Position numbers and translations under genes: made by a program. Below, piece after piece: positions 1-12,300 of a stretch of DNA of 40,287 nucleotides; the first letter of the stretch is position 1; every line of letters starts with the position of its first letter. The notes beneath the pieces were generated by a model that saw only the letters and a program-made list of their open reading frames with translations, ran no database searches and was not told the DNA's origin. The stretch comes from Dimorphilus gyrociliatus (lineage: Eukaryota; Animalia; Annelida): the NCBI GenBank assembly GCA_904063045.1, contig CAJFCJ010000009.1:1-40287 (forward strand), written 5' to 3'.

Positions 1-168
1 AAGGACGAAAGACTCTACCTATTGTATATAAAGAATAGATACAAAATACCTCGAGCAGGGCAGAAAAAAAGAGTGTAGTCAAGAAAAAGGACAAAAAAAT
101 TCCCTAAAAGTTTTGAAAACGAAAGAATAAATAATAAATAAAATAAATTATTAGAATTAATTTCATAG

Positions 169-282
169 GCGATTGTGGAACAGATATATCCTAGGTGGAA
201 AAGAAAATTGCCTTTGAGGAAAGCGTCCTATACTTTTGCAAATAAACACGGCAGACTCAATCGTACAGAACGCACATTGTAA
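169..282 (+). CDS. Possible terminal coding exon of an upstream gene (AIVEQIYPRWKRKLPLRKASYTFANKHGRLNRTERTL*), product unknown
   Basis: Acceptor tttcatag|G at 168/169 follows an AT-rich intron-like stretch and opens a 38-codon frame. An open frame at 1-72 could join it, but only through a weak donor. No homology recognised. Confidence 0.2.
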   Translation, partial: AIVEQIYPRWKRKLPLRKASYTFANKHGRLNRTERTL

Positions 283-710
283 GCCCAATAATACACAATG
301 CGCCGACACTTCGATTCAAGAATTTGTTCACGTAGACTTTTTTTTTTAAAATAAAAGTGAATTAAGTGAAACTCTTTTTTTAAACTATAGATAAAAGTAT
401 GTAAATTTATCTATATATTATGTTAAAGGAATGGAGAAAGCTATTCATTTCTTCTTAAAGAATTAAGTTAAAAAGAATAAAGAAAGGTAGCCCTGAGAGA
501 AAAGTCATAGCCTAGTATTTTCTTAGCATTCCTAACAGCAGACAAGCGATTGAATTTCAATAGGGAAAAATATCGTAGCATATAGCCAAAATATATACTT
601 AAAAAAATGAAAGATCAATAAAAGGTAATCGTTGGTGTACAAATTCAACTTTTTAGTTATACACTCATAAGAATAGACTATGTAATAATAATGTAGAAAG
701 AGATGACCTG

Positions 711-737
711 AGAAGAAGAAGAAGAAGAAGAAGAAGA
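711..737. repeat. (GAA)n microsatellite
   Basis: About 9 tandem GAA units read directly. Confidence 0.9.
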
Positions 738-1161
738 ATAAAAAGCACGAATAACAATAAAGACTTGTCAATTTTCTGCTAATAATTCATTATAAATTAC
801 ATATACATATATATATATATATATATATTCTATTTAGAATCTCTCACTCCAATGAAATAGAATTTGCCTATTAACTATTAAATAAAATAAGTCAAATTTT
901 TCTCTGTTTGCTAATAGGTTATAATAATAAATTTCATATTATAATAGTTTTTCATATTTATATTCCAATACAAATAGATTAATAATTAGTAATAAATATT
1001 TTGCTTATTTTTTTTATTGGAAATTCATTAATAGACTTAATATTTCGCTTTTTTCGGTTTTAATTTTGCAAAAAAAACTACTATTGGCTTTAAAGATATT
1101 AGAGACTAATATATCTTTATATTTGCATATGAGAATTGTGAAAAAAAATTCATCTACTGAC

Positions 1162-1225
1162 CTTGGGATTGAACTCTGTGGACGAAGTATGGAATCGTAG
1201 CCAATAAATACCACAAAAAATTCAT
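1162..1225 (-). CDS. Possible first coding exon with signal-peptide-like sequence MNFLWYLLATIPYFVHRVQSQ; downstream exons unresolved
   Basis: ATG at 1225 on the minus strand, 21 mostly hydrophobic codons, then donor CAAG|GTCAGT (phase 1). No convincing next exon found. Confidence 0.2.
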
Positions 1226-2782
1226 TTTAAAATTACTACTATTGGAAAAAATTTAAATTTGCTATCTGAGATTTTTTAATAAACTATGAACAATGTATAC
1301 CTTTTTTTTATCTATCGTCGAAACCACATGCTCACTTCCTTACCGTTTACCGTAGTCAACCTCGTAGCAGCAACAACGCCCCCTGGGAGAAGTTATAAGA
1401 CTCAGACCCGGACAGACAAGTGCAGGCCTGTGACTAAATATAGCCAAATCATTCATGCCTTAAATCTAATTTTTTCATAAATGTGCTCATACTATAAAAA
1501 TTTCAACTATGCTGATCGTTTTATTCTACTAGTTGAATAGTTGAATTTTCATTTAAATAATATCACATTTTTCTATTATAGTTTCAAAGAATAAACTAAC
1601 TTCAGCCTTTAATTTCCTTTTTAAAGACTTGTTACTTATATATCTACTCATTCATAATATCTCTTTTCACCTTTTCCTCCCCTCCTCCGTCAACAAATCT
1701 AAGTTTTATGTTCAAGTTTTTTAAAGAAGAACACTTTTCTCCTTCTTTTTTTGTTTTCTCACTTTATCATCGATAAATAGCTTATGTTGCTACTACTACT
1801 ACTTCTTCTTCTTCTTTTTATAAACTTGTTTATATACTAATGTTTGTGTTTATTTATTATTATTGTATATAAATTAATTAAATGATTTCTGTTTCTTTCT
1901 TCGCCTCCCAGCCCTTTCCTACCATCTATAAATAGATCATAAACTTTTTGAAAGAACTAAAAGACAACTTGCAAAAGACTGTTGGATAAACAAATATAGT
2001 CACTTGGAAGTGAAAAATATAAAAACTAAAAAGTGAAGGTGGTAGAGGAGTATATCAAAACCTAAGAAGTTGGGGGAGGGAGAGAATAGAAGGAGGGTGT
2101 CAAGGGTTTTTAAATTGTATCTAAATCTTTTTTTTTTTTATTAACCACAATCTTGTGTTAAACCTACCCCCTATTCAGCAAAAAGAAGGGCGTATATTTA
2201 TTAAAAAAATGAACCTTTGAAATAGACCTTAGACAGTATTGAACAGTTTATTCATGTGAGATATTGATTACTTATAAATAGAAAGACACAAAATATTAAC
2301 GACTAATAAGTCTCTTTCAAGTGTCTTGGTTAGTGTGGTAAATTTATACTGTTATCCGTTAAGAGACAAATAATATAAAGTCGATCGTAAAACATTGAAG
2401 GTTTTCGGTAAACTGCCTTCAGCGCCGTCTACGAAAAACGACACCCACTCAAGGCTCAATAGGAAATAGACGATGACCTTAAGTGAAAGGTAATTTTGAG
2501 CGAAATATCCTGATATATTATGAAACAAGACTTTAAAATTATTGTAAACCTTCAAGCAGATAATACAGACGAATAAGAAAAGAAGTTGGTAATTTTTTGT
2601 TTGTTTTAAGAGAAGATAATCCTATTCTCAGGAATAATATTTAATATCTTTTGTAACCTATTCTTTGTATAGTTAATTAAAAATCTATATTAGACTATTA
2701 CGATTCTTTAAATCTCTTCTATTGTTTTATCCCTTTAATGCTAACTATTTCAATATCCACAGAAAATAGGCCTGCATTAAAT

Positions 2783-5030
2783 ATGAAAACCCTTGTGATT
2801 TTCTTCTTCTGCTTAATGCCTACACTTCTTCTCGCTCAACCAGCATGTGATAGTAAGTTTTTTATACAAATTTTCTTACAAGTCTTTTTTAATAATAGAT
2901 TCTTATCGATACTGAAAATAGAAAATTGTTATTTCCTTGTTCAGAGTGCAACTACAGCATATATCTTTATTTTATGTTACAGCTAATCCTCTGATAGAAT
3001 TGAATACTCCATTTCAAACTTGGGGCCATGCTTTAATTAATAGGGATAGATTTAATAGAGAAGTCTCTAGGCGATCTTGGATTGATTATAAACTACCTAT
3101 ACCACCAGGAATTTTACGTTCTTTTAAATTTTACTTTCATGAAGACTTCCAGGGGGCTTTTGACGTTAAGTTTCAGGTAAAAAGAAACTATTCAAGACAC
3201 ATGCATACTTTTTCTCACAGGCCTTCAGTTTTTTTATTAAAAGATCCCTTTCTTGCTTTTTAATCGACAACTTATTTACTTTTTTCTCTCAGATTTGGTC
3301 CGGTCTGTCACCAACTGGCTATGAGTTTACATTAGAATTTGAATACGAAGCTAAAGTATCAAAACCTAGTACTAATATAGCTGTTATAAATGAAGTTGCC
3401 GCCTTCAATTTTACTATACCTCTCAATGCCAGAATTGGTTGGACCCTATTGGATGACAAAGAGGCTATCTCTTATAGTTTTTGTGATAACTTCAATTTAC
3501 TATTTAGACAAATTCGAGATGGACAGGATCCGATACCGGGACAAAGTTACGAGTTCGCTGGCTTTCCTTTCCCAGGAATGTATTCTATCGCAGTTGAATT
3601 GGATACGAGTAAGTTTGATAAAAGTTTAATTTTTAACATAAGTGACGCATTGTTAACATTTTAACAAAGGACTTTACTCGGGGAGTGGATCTCGTGGACC
3701 TCCCGGTGCAACTGGGCCTAAGGGAGATCGAGGTGAACAAGGATCTCAAGGAGAAGCAGGTGCAAGAGGAAATGCTGGTCAACAGGGCGAACGTGGACCT
3801 AGAGGAGATACCGGTAGTGTTGGACCGACTGGATCAAAAGGTCAAAAAGGAGAAGCTGGGTCTTCTAGTGGTGAGGGTAGTGTTGGTGCTACAGGTCCGC
3901 AAGGCTTTACTGGACAACAAGGTCCGGAGGGTCCAATTGGACCTGCTGGTCCTACAGGCCCAAAAGGAGAGAATGGAAATGATGGGCTGAATGGTGTAAA
4001 GGGTCAAAAAGGAGAACCTGGATCTTCCAATGGTGAGGGTGGTGTTGGTGCTACAGGCCCACCAGGTTCAACTGGGCAACGAGGTCCGATTGGTCCAAAA
4101 GGGGACAAAGGAGATATCGGAGTTAAAGGAGACAAAGGGGACTCAGGTAGCCAGGGAGATACAGGGTTCATTGGCCCAAAGGGTAGTAAGGGTAACAATG
4201 GCTTTGATGGCTCTAAAGGAGAACGGGGCGCAAGGGGGCCAACAGGCCCAATGGGGCCAATTGGACCACCCGGAACAGGGGGTGGAACTAGCGATGTTGA
4301 TGAATGCCAGACAAACACTCATACATGTGTCGCACCAGCAAAGTGCTCCAATACGATCGGAAGCTACGTTTGTCAATGCGAAGATGGATACTCATTGAGT
4401 TCCAATGGGAGATCTTGCAGAAATCGCGTCGAATGTGATACGAATAACGGCGGATGCGAGCACATATGTTCCGACAACGAAGGTTGCTTAGTAATATTTA
4501 TAAATAGAACTATATAATCCTTTCTCACTACTAAACTAATTCCTATTCATACAAAAATTTAGGGAGTTACAAATGTTCTTGTAGAGGAGGTTATTCATTA
4601 TCTGACAATTCTCACTCGTGTCATGACATAAACGAATGCGTAACAACGGCAAACCCCTGTGCATCCGGCGCTTGTGTAAATACGCCAGGTTCCTATATAT
4701 GCGTTAATGTACAATTAAAAAAAGACCGTACGTATAATTTTGTCTTTAAAAAAAAGATACAAACAAAATACCATTTACTTTGTTTCTTCACTTATAGCCC
4801 TAGTATCAGTGGATGAAAATTCTGGTACCCGAGCAACCTCCGTTCCTCATGTGTACACTGCCTGGACTTCAATATTAACAGTCGTTCTATTTTTAACTAT
4901 AGCCATAAGTTGTAAACGTTGGCGGCTGGATTACTGCAGACGTTCGAAGGAGACATCGAACGAAATGGACAATTTGGATAACATAAGTATTCCTTCTATC
5001 GGTCCATCTATTTCCTCTATGAAGCTTTAA
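2783..5030 (+). CDS. Type I membrane protein (~596 aa): signal peptide, ~170-aa unrecognised domain, ~65 Gly-X-Y collagen triplets, 3 EGF/cbEGF domains, TM helix, short tail
   Basis: Exons 2783-2852, 2983-3176, 3293-3608, 3670-4482, 4563-4727 and 4798-5030 join in frame with GT-AG introns (1791 nt). Motifs: [34 protein letters not shown]..., [43 protein letters not shown] followed by KRWR. Confidence 0.85.
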
Positions 5031-5373
5031 AGATAAATTCCCAAAAATATAGAAAGAATGAAGATAGAATCAAACAGATATATGCAATTTCTCATGTTTT
5101 TTTCATAAAAATGTCACATATATATATACTCTAGGTGTATATTTATTTAACAAGTCTAAGTATTGCATTACTTTCATGCCGTATTCACAGACATAGGCCT
5201 ATAGAATAAACGGTTGAAATTAGTGATAGAATAAAGTTTTGATAGCCTTTATTTATTGAACGATATCGAAAGAAATACGATTTTCCGATTAATTTTTTAG
5301 AAATTTTCTGTAAATTCGTAAGAAAAATGTTATATGAAATGTTTATATACGAGTTTTGAGACTCTTGTAATCG

Positions 5374-5672
5374 GCTGGGAGTGTGGCGTACTCCTGTAAT
5401 CCGTGCGACATCGGAGGCCGGAGTGCGGAACGATTTGAGATCGGGGTTCCTAGCAGGCAGTGTTCTATGTCGATCAGACGTCCGAACTAAGCTCAGCATC
5501 GGCATGGAGTGATTGGCGGAGGCCAGTTACCCCAGGTCGTCTAAGGAGGGAGGAATCGATCGAGGCCGGAAACGGAGCAGATAAAACTCCCCGTGTTGAA
5601 CAGTAGTCGGATCGCGACTGTGAATAGGCACTGTCTGTTAGCCCGGTTAATATAGTCGGACCTCAGTCCGTC
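5374..5672 (+). ncRNA. RN7SL: 7SL signal recognition particle RNA (Pol III)
   Basis: Starts GCTGGGAGTGTGGCGTACTCCTGTAATCC (Alu domain). Helix 6 TGGC-GGAG-GCCA tetraloop and helix 8 GCCGGAAACGGAGCAG are present, with the conserved CTAAGGAGGG, AAAACTCCC and CTGTGAATAG blocks. About 300 nt long, ending at a T-run. Confidence 0.95.
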
Positions 5673-5700
5673 TTTTTGTTTTTTTTTTCTTTTTTTCTTT
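5673..5700 (+). terminator. Pol III oligo-T terminator of 7SL
   Basis: TTTTT immediately after the RNA 3' end, followed by further T-runs. Confidence 0.85.
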
Positions 5701-5795
5701 TCTATTAGGATTTCCTTCGACTTTGGAAGCAAAATATTTTGGTAAAACCCTGAATTTTGGTTTAGACTTATTTATTAGAAAGAAAAATTTTCTTT

Positions 5796-5812
5796 CTAAT
5801 AGGTGGCGCTAG
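5796..5812 (+). promoter_or_regulatory. CTCF-like motif between 7SL and the SEC22B start
   Basis: CTAATAGGTGGCGCTAG matches 12 of 14 positions of CCASYAGRKGGCRS. An ETS-like ACTTCCG follows at about 5815-5821. Confidence 0.4.
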
Positions 5813-5932
5813 TAACTTCCGTTTCCACGTCATATTAGCGGTCGCTAAAATACCACATATACACTTTTTTTGAGAATATAATAATTAGTAATTGAATTAT
5901 TTCATTAGGAAGTTTATCATACAGTGGGCAAA

Positions 5933-6864
5933 ATGGTTTTGATAACTATGATAGCAAGACTTCAAGACGGTTTATTGTTATCAGCGTCTATACCTGAGGA
6001 TGAACAAGTAAGATTAACTAAAATATCCGTTTTGTGTTTGTTTCTTAATTTCGTTTATTTATTTATTCCAATTTCAGGCTGGTAGAAATTTAGTTGAATA
6101 CCAAAATCAAGCTAAACAACTTTTTAAGAGAATGAATGATACTTCTCCACATAGAGGAAGCTTACAAACTGGTGAACACTTATTCCAGTTTGTATTTAAG
6201 CGATGTTTTTGAAGTTTAAACTTATCTACTTTTTTTTATTTGTTATAACAGTTATCTAATTGAAAGAAATGTGGTCTATCTATGTTTAGCGACTATAGCA
6301 TTCTCTAAAAGATTAGCCTTTTCCTACTTAGAGGAGATACAGAGTAAATTTGCCTCCGAGTATGGACACAAAATACCATACGTTACCAGACCGTATCATT
6401 TTATTGAATTCGGTATATTACGTAACAATCATTAATATATGATTTATAAATCTAATCTCTTTGTTGTACATAAAAAACACAGATAATGTTATGAAAGATT
6501 GTAGAAAAGTTTACATGGACTCTAGGTCGAGGCCTCAATTAAACCAGGTCCAGCACGACTTGAAAGAAGTTCAACAAATTATGGTTCAGAATATTGATGA
6601 TGTTTTAAGTAGAGGAGAAGCCTTATCAGGTGAATAATAATAATAAAAGTCAAATGTTTGCAATTTTGCTTTATTTTTGTTTATAATTTTTTGTTTGTAT
6701 TGTTTACAGCCTTGGATGAGAAAGCAATGAACTTGGCTGAAATTTCTCATAAATATAAATCGAAGGCTAATAAATTGAACTTGAATTCAACCTACACAAA
6801 GATTGCAGCGGTTGTTGTAGTTTTTTTCGTTTTCATATTAATTATTCGATTTTGGTTATTCTAA
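5933..6864 (+). CDS. SEC22B: Vesicle-trafficking longin R-SNARE SEC22b (215 aa)
   Basis: Exons 5933-6007, 6078-6187, 6252-6412, 6483-6629, 6710-6864. Motifs MVLITMIARLQDGLLLSAS, AFSYLEEI, RPYHFIEF, IMVQNIDDVLSRGEALS and a C-terminal TM. Confidence 0.95.
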
Positions 6865-9346
6865 TTGCTTTATCATATTCTATTCATTGATCATAAATAA
6901 ATATTTCTTTTTGAGTCTAGTCATTTAAAGGAAACCTCAAGATATGCGCTTTTACAAAACGTTTTCAAAGGGCAAAAAAACATATCTCCAATGTTAAGAA
7001 TATTTTACTAAGGGTTCAACTTTCCGAAAGTTGACTTGTGTGTGACGTAGTATTTTCGTTTAAATGACGTAGAAGGGAAATCTCTTATTATTATTCATAA
7101 AAGTAGATCGATTCGTTCTAAGTAGAATATATTCTTGGTGATAACCAGGTCATTTATCAACCCTGGATTGATAATAGCTAGCGCTCTGTTTGAGAACTAG
7201 AAATAGGAAAAAAAAATACCTACCGTCTGGTCTGTTTCTAAAGGCCTATTATTCCTTTAATAAATTGATTAGCATATGTTTGGAAGCTACAATTGAGTAC
7301 TACTGGTATGAATATAGAACATTTTTATAATGCAAAAGTTTATCCTTAAATGGCCTTTTTCTTTCTTTCAGCATAAAGGAATTAATAACAAAAGAATTCT
7401 TTCTCGTTAAACATTAGACATAGTTGCTGTAGTTTCTTAATCATGCAATCAATTACTGCTTATTCGATATTATAGTTAAATCGAAACGAACCATACTATT
7501 TCAAAAGATCATAAATTTTTCCCACCAAAGTTTTAGTTTAACTTTTTCTGTTTACAAATTCCACTAACAAACCAGTTATTTTAAAATACACTGAACTAGC
7601 TCACCTTTAACAGTTTTTTATGGATTTATGCATATTCTTTTATAAACTTTCATACTTACTTGTTATTTATAAATTATGCATAGTACGATTATTAAAAGCA
7701 ACTTCTGCAAACTTTATATGCTTTGTACAAGTTTGTTTTCACTGCTTATTTTATCTATTTAAATATATATATATACAGTATATATAGATATATATAAAGT
7801 GAATAAGGTGTCATAATTCTACAGAGAAAGAATATATCATCTTTTACCAAGAAAAGGAGTGTCCACAATAAGGAAAATGCAGCAATAAATAACAAAATCT
7901 TTGATATATACATTTAATAACTATTACACGGTCTAATAAGTGCTTAGGCTGTATAGGATCTTAAATCCTTAAGCTTGGTATTCTGCTTAGTATTATTCTT
8001 TTCGTATGTGAAAACTTCTCATTCTTCTCATATATAAAACTTTTTTTCAACAGTTTACAGACGATATGACAGGCACTACCTGCTCCATCTGTTGGATTTT
8101 TTCAAAACTGTTCAATCAAATATTATTTTAATTATATTCAAACAAATATATACATACGATTTAGGGTTATATACATATAAAATGCTGCAATTCCTTGTAC
8201 GTATAGATCTATTGTATTCCTATTTTGTAAGTATAATACGTAATTTGTAATATAGTTTTTCTTTTTAAAGTCCATATCGATTTGAATCTTTCTTACGTAA
8301 AACTTTAATGGTTTAAGGATCAAAAGGTAATCTTAAGTCAAACATTTCCTTGCCCTTTTATATAATAAATTAGTCGAAAAAGAATAAAGCAATTCACTGA
8401 TACTACAAATACTGTTAATCGATTATCTCATCTTTCATCATCAAACTATTGATAGGAATGTTTAAATTGCGAAATATATTAGGACCGAAGGGGTTGAGAT
8501 GAAGAGGAAAAGCGATATAACCATAATTCAAATTTTTATACTTAGAAAGTAGAATTTAGTTCAACAATAGATATTTCATTCTTATCCTACGTCATTAACA
8601 GAATAGCTATTTATAGATATATAATATCTCTATAAATAAGTATTTGCTTGTGCAAATGATATTGCACACACACACATATATATATATATATATGTATGTA
8701 TTTATGAATAAATTGTCTAATTTTAGAAAGAAAGTTTTTCGAATATCTATCTATAGTTCAATCTATTTCATTGTGTCACTATTTAAATAGTCAAAAAAAT
8801 TCAATAAACTATATATATATTTATATAAATTCATTAAATAACTTCTTTTTTATATGTTAAATCAATAAAAAGGAATTTAAAAAGATTTTAGCAGTTTAAT
8901 AAAAAGATTGTTTTAAAATAAAGAGAAAGGGAGAAGACAAAGGGTAAGAGAGAGAGACAGACAGAGACAGACAGACTATATACACACAAACAGAGAAAGA
9001 GAGTACAATTATGATCATGCTAAAAAGTAAATGAAATTCCACAACATTTTTTCTCTATTATACTTTGATATTCATTGATAAAATAGTTATGGAATGAAAG
9101 ATAATATTAACAGATTTTTTCGTACGCTTTATAAATTTTCATTGGAGCGTAGCGAAATATATTTGGCGAATATGAGTCAGGTCTATCACTCACGCCCAAT
9201 ACAAGCCTTGTTCCACCCTACACGAGAAAGGCCAAAACTTAATATCGGAACTAAGATAGTTTTACATTATCGCCTTTGATGACATTTTTGAGCATTTATG
9301 TACAAGAAAAATATATTGAATTGATTGGTGCTGGTAACCTTTGACT

Positions 9347-12300
9347 ATGATTTTTTTAGTTTTAATAAATATCTTCTTAACTTTAATCGGAAACTTATCG
9401 ACACAAGTAAGCAGTGAAATCTTATAATTCGTGCCTTCTTCCTTCTTCTCTACCTGTTTTTGAACAACCATGCTAAGATAGTTTTTTAATTTATTCCCTT
9501 TTCTCCCTTTTTTTTAGGAATTCCAGCTAAGTTGCCCTGCAGGTTTTTATTTAAATTTTCTGTTAAATATTCTATAAGCTTTATTTAAAGATAATTTAAC
9601 GTAAAAACGTTAATTAAATACCGTCTTACTAGGCGGTGTTTACGAATGGGCGTGAAAAATTTGTTCATACCATAACACCCACTTTTATTTATAGATTGGA
9701 AATTAGATGACAAATTGGGTAGCTGTTTCAAATGGTTCCCTACACCACTCTATTGGGAGGATGCTCAGGCTACTTGTAGAGCGTACGCGCTTTATTCAAT
9801 CGAATAATACTTTTTTGTGAATTAACTTATTTTCCCTTCTAATTAGGTATGGAGCTCATCTCATTGAGACTCTTTCGTATGAAGAAGCTGATATAAAGTT
9901 TACAAAGGCAAAGCTATTTGATAATACTATCACTGAGTTTTGGATAGGTCATTATATGTGATTTATGATTCATTCATGTGTCGTAACTTTGCCCATTATC
10001 TTTTTCAGGCCTTCGCAAGAATAAGAACCAGGTCGTATCGGGCGATACTCTAGAGGACAAAGCCCTCTGGCATGGGTCTGATAGAGAAGCAACCCTATCT
10101 GAGGGTTTTTGGTATTATAATCAACCTAATACGGAATTAGGGGATTGCACCTATTTGAAAGAAAATTCTAATTTTATATACGACAAATACTACTCTCTTG
10201 ACTCTTGTATTGCTAGAAAACCGTTTTTATGTGAAGCAGATGCCTGCTTAGAAGGTTATTTAACTTAGTTCTTGCCTGTCAATCATTACAACTGTCCTTT
10301 TGTTTTATTATGCGTAATTTCCAATATATAGGCCAATTCAGATGCAATGCTGGTAATTGTATCAAGAACTCCTATAAGTGTGATGGAAAGAATGACTGCG
10401 GCGACGATAGTGATGAACTCGCCTGTACGTAATTCTCTTATATTTTTAACAGAAAAATAATAATTTATCCACAAATTTTAGGTCCAAATACTTGTAAATT
10501 TATTGAAAAAGACCCCAGTAAATCAATTATAAAGAGCAACTATGCGGCTAGTGAAGATTGTATATGGCTTCTGGAAACGGAAATCGGAAAGAGGATAAAA
10601 TTAGATGTAAGTAGAGTTAGACGCTCTAAATAAGATTAGCTAATATAATAATTGATGTTATTAATTCATTCATTAGTTTACTAAACTTATAACTGAGAAA
10701 GATAGAGATGTTGTTGAAGTATGGAGTGGAGGAAGGTCTATTTCTACTAGTAGTCTTTTAAGTAGATACTCAGGAGATAGATCAAGCTCTTTACCAAGCG
10801 TATATAGCAATAACAATTTTCTTATCATTCGATTCTATAGCGATTCTGCAAAACAATTAGATGGCTTTGAAGCCAAATGGGCTTCTGGTAATAATTAAAA
10901 TCAACATCATAAACTTGTTGTTTTAATTCATAAGTATTCCATATTTTTAGTTGATAGAGTAACAACTGGTTCGAGAGAGTTAAAAACCAATGGAATATCG
11001 GAACTAACTTCACCTGATTATCCAAATTTCTTATTAGGTGGATTAAGGGAAGAGTGGACTATTGAAGTTGAAAAATGGAATGGAATTATTACTATTGAGG
11101 TTTTACTATACTGTTTAATAATTTCTATTGTATTTTTCAACTTTTCTTTTCATCCTAAATAGAAAGTTGAAATTGAACTAGGAGCTGGAAATTATTTAAT
11201 TGTTAAAGATGGTAAAGAATCCGAAGCTGCTACTCTTGGAATGTATCAAGGAAATTCTGGACCAAGTTACATAACAAGCACCGGCCGATTTTTAAAATTA
11301 TACCTCATTACTGGTAACAAACAAAAAGTTAAAGGATTTAAATTTACATATAAAGAAGGTGAGCTATATTAAATTATATTCAATTCTCTCGTTTAATATT
11401 ACCTTGCGAATATATTTAAGGTTGTGATATTTCAATTGATTCTACTTCCGGTATCATTATTTCACCTGGTTATAATGGAGCTACTACAACATATCCTCCA
11501 TCTCAAACATGTTTGTGGAATATTACTTCTCCTGGTGGTTCGAAATTAACTTTCCAATTCGATTCGAAATCAAAACTTGCCAAATATGGACTTTCTGATA
11601 CGATAAAGGTGAATTTCGTAATTATATCTTTTTATCCGTAACGATATGACTATTAACAGATTTTCGACGACATAAACAATCCCACTCAAGTTGCTTCTAT
11701 ATCAAAAACTGATCAGACAATTGGCCCAACTTACGAGGCTACCTCTGGATCGGCTTCTATTGTATTTACAACTGGGGCTGTTGAAGCTGGAATAGGTTTT
11801 AAAGCGACATTCTCGGGCGGTTGTGAGAAACCACAATTTAACACCAATACTCAATCCACCGCTATTAATTTGGCTTTAAAAGGAAAAATTACAGTTACTT
11901 GTAAAGAGGGTTATGCATTCACTCAAGAAGAACACCAACAAAAGACATCTGTTGAAATGATTTGCGAAGTTAACGGGTGGAACGTTCACGCTATACCAAA
12001 CTGTGAAGCTGTGTCTTGTAATATACCTCCAGTTCTAAATAATGGATACGTTATCGAATCAACTGGAATTACATTTGGAAAGACTGTAAAATATAATTGT
12101 AGAAATGGATTTAGAATGGTCGGTGATGCAACAATTACTTGTCAGAAAACTGGGCAGTGGACAAGCAAGCCATCTTGTATAGGTAGATATTTGTTTTCAA
12201 CTGATTTCAACTTCAAATTTGAATTCGCTAACTAACGTTTCTCAATTTTATCAGCAACATCCTGCGATGATAAATTCAGTAGTAGCAACTTTCCCGGAAA

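Noticed and set aside
532-771. 79-aa minus-strand ORF
   Set aside because: Driven by the (TTC)n repeat and AT-rich low-complexity sequence; the composition is not protein-like.
2380-2470. Short frame VDRKTLKVFGKLPSAPSTKNDTHSRLNRK* resembling the 169-282 frame (KLP...HxRLNR)
   Set aside because: The similarity covers only a few residues, the acceptor is weak, and chance is a sufficient explanation.
3685-4398. ORFs 3685-3990(+), 4030-4398(+), 4004-4318(-) and 4143-4376(-)
   Set aside because: Off-frame or antisense shadows of the Gly-X-Y collagen exon; the periodic codons keep other frames open.
5374-5672. 7SL-derived SINE (Alu-like) interpretation
   Set aside because: The element is full length with an intact S domain, an upstream TATA-like element and a T terminator. 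It has no poly(A) tail or target-site duplication.
5185-5732. Minus-strand ORFs 5185-5505 and 5541-5732
   Set aside because: They are antisense to the GC-rich 7SL RNA and show no protein-like features.
8138-9471. Short ORFs at 8138-8323, 9094-9279 and 9262-9471
   Set aside because: AT-rich intergenic or antisense frames with no splice-consistent partners or motifs.
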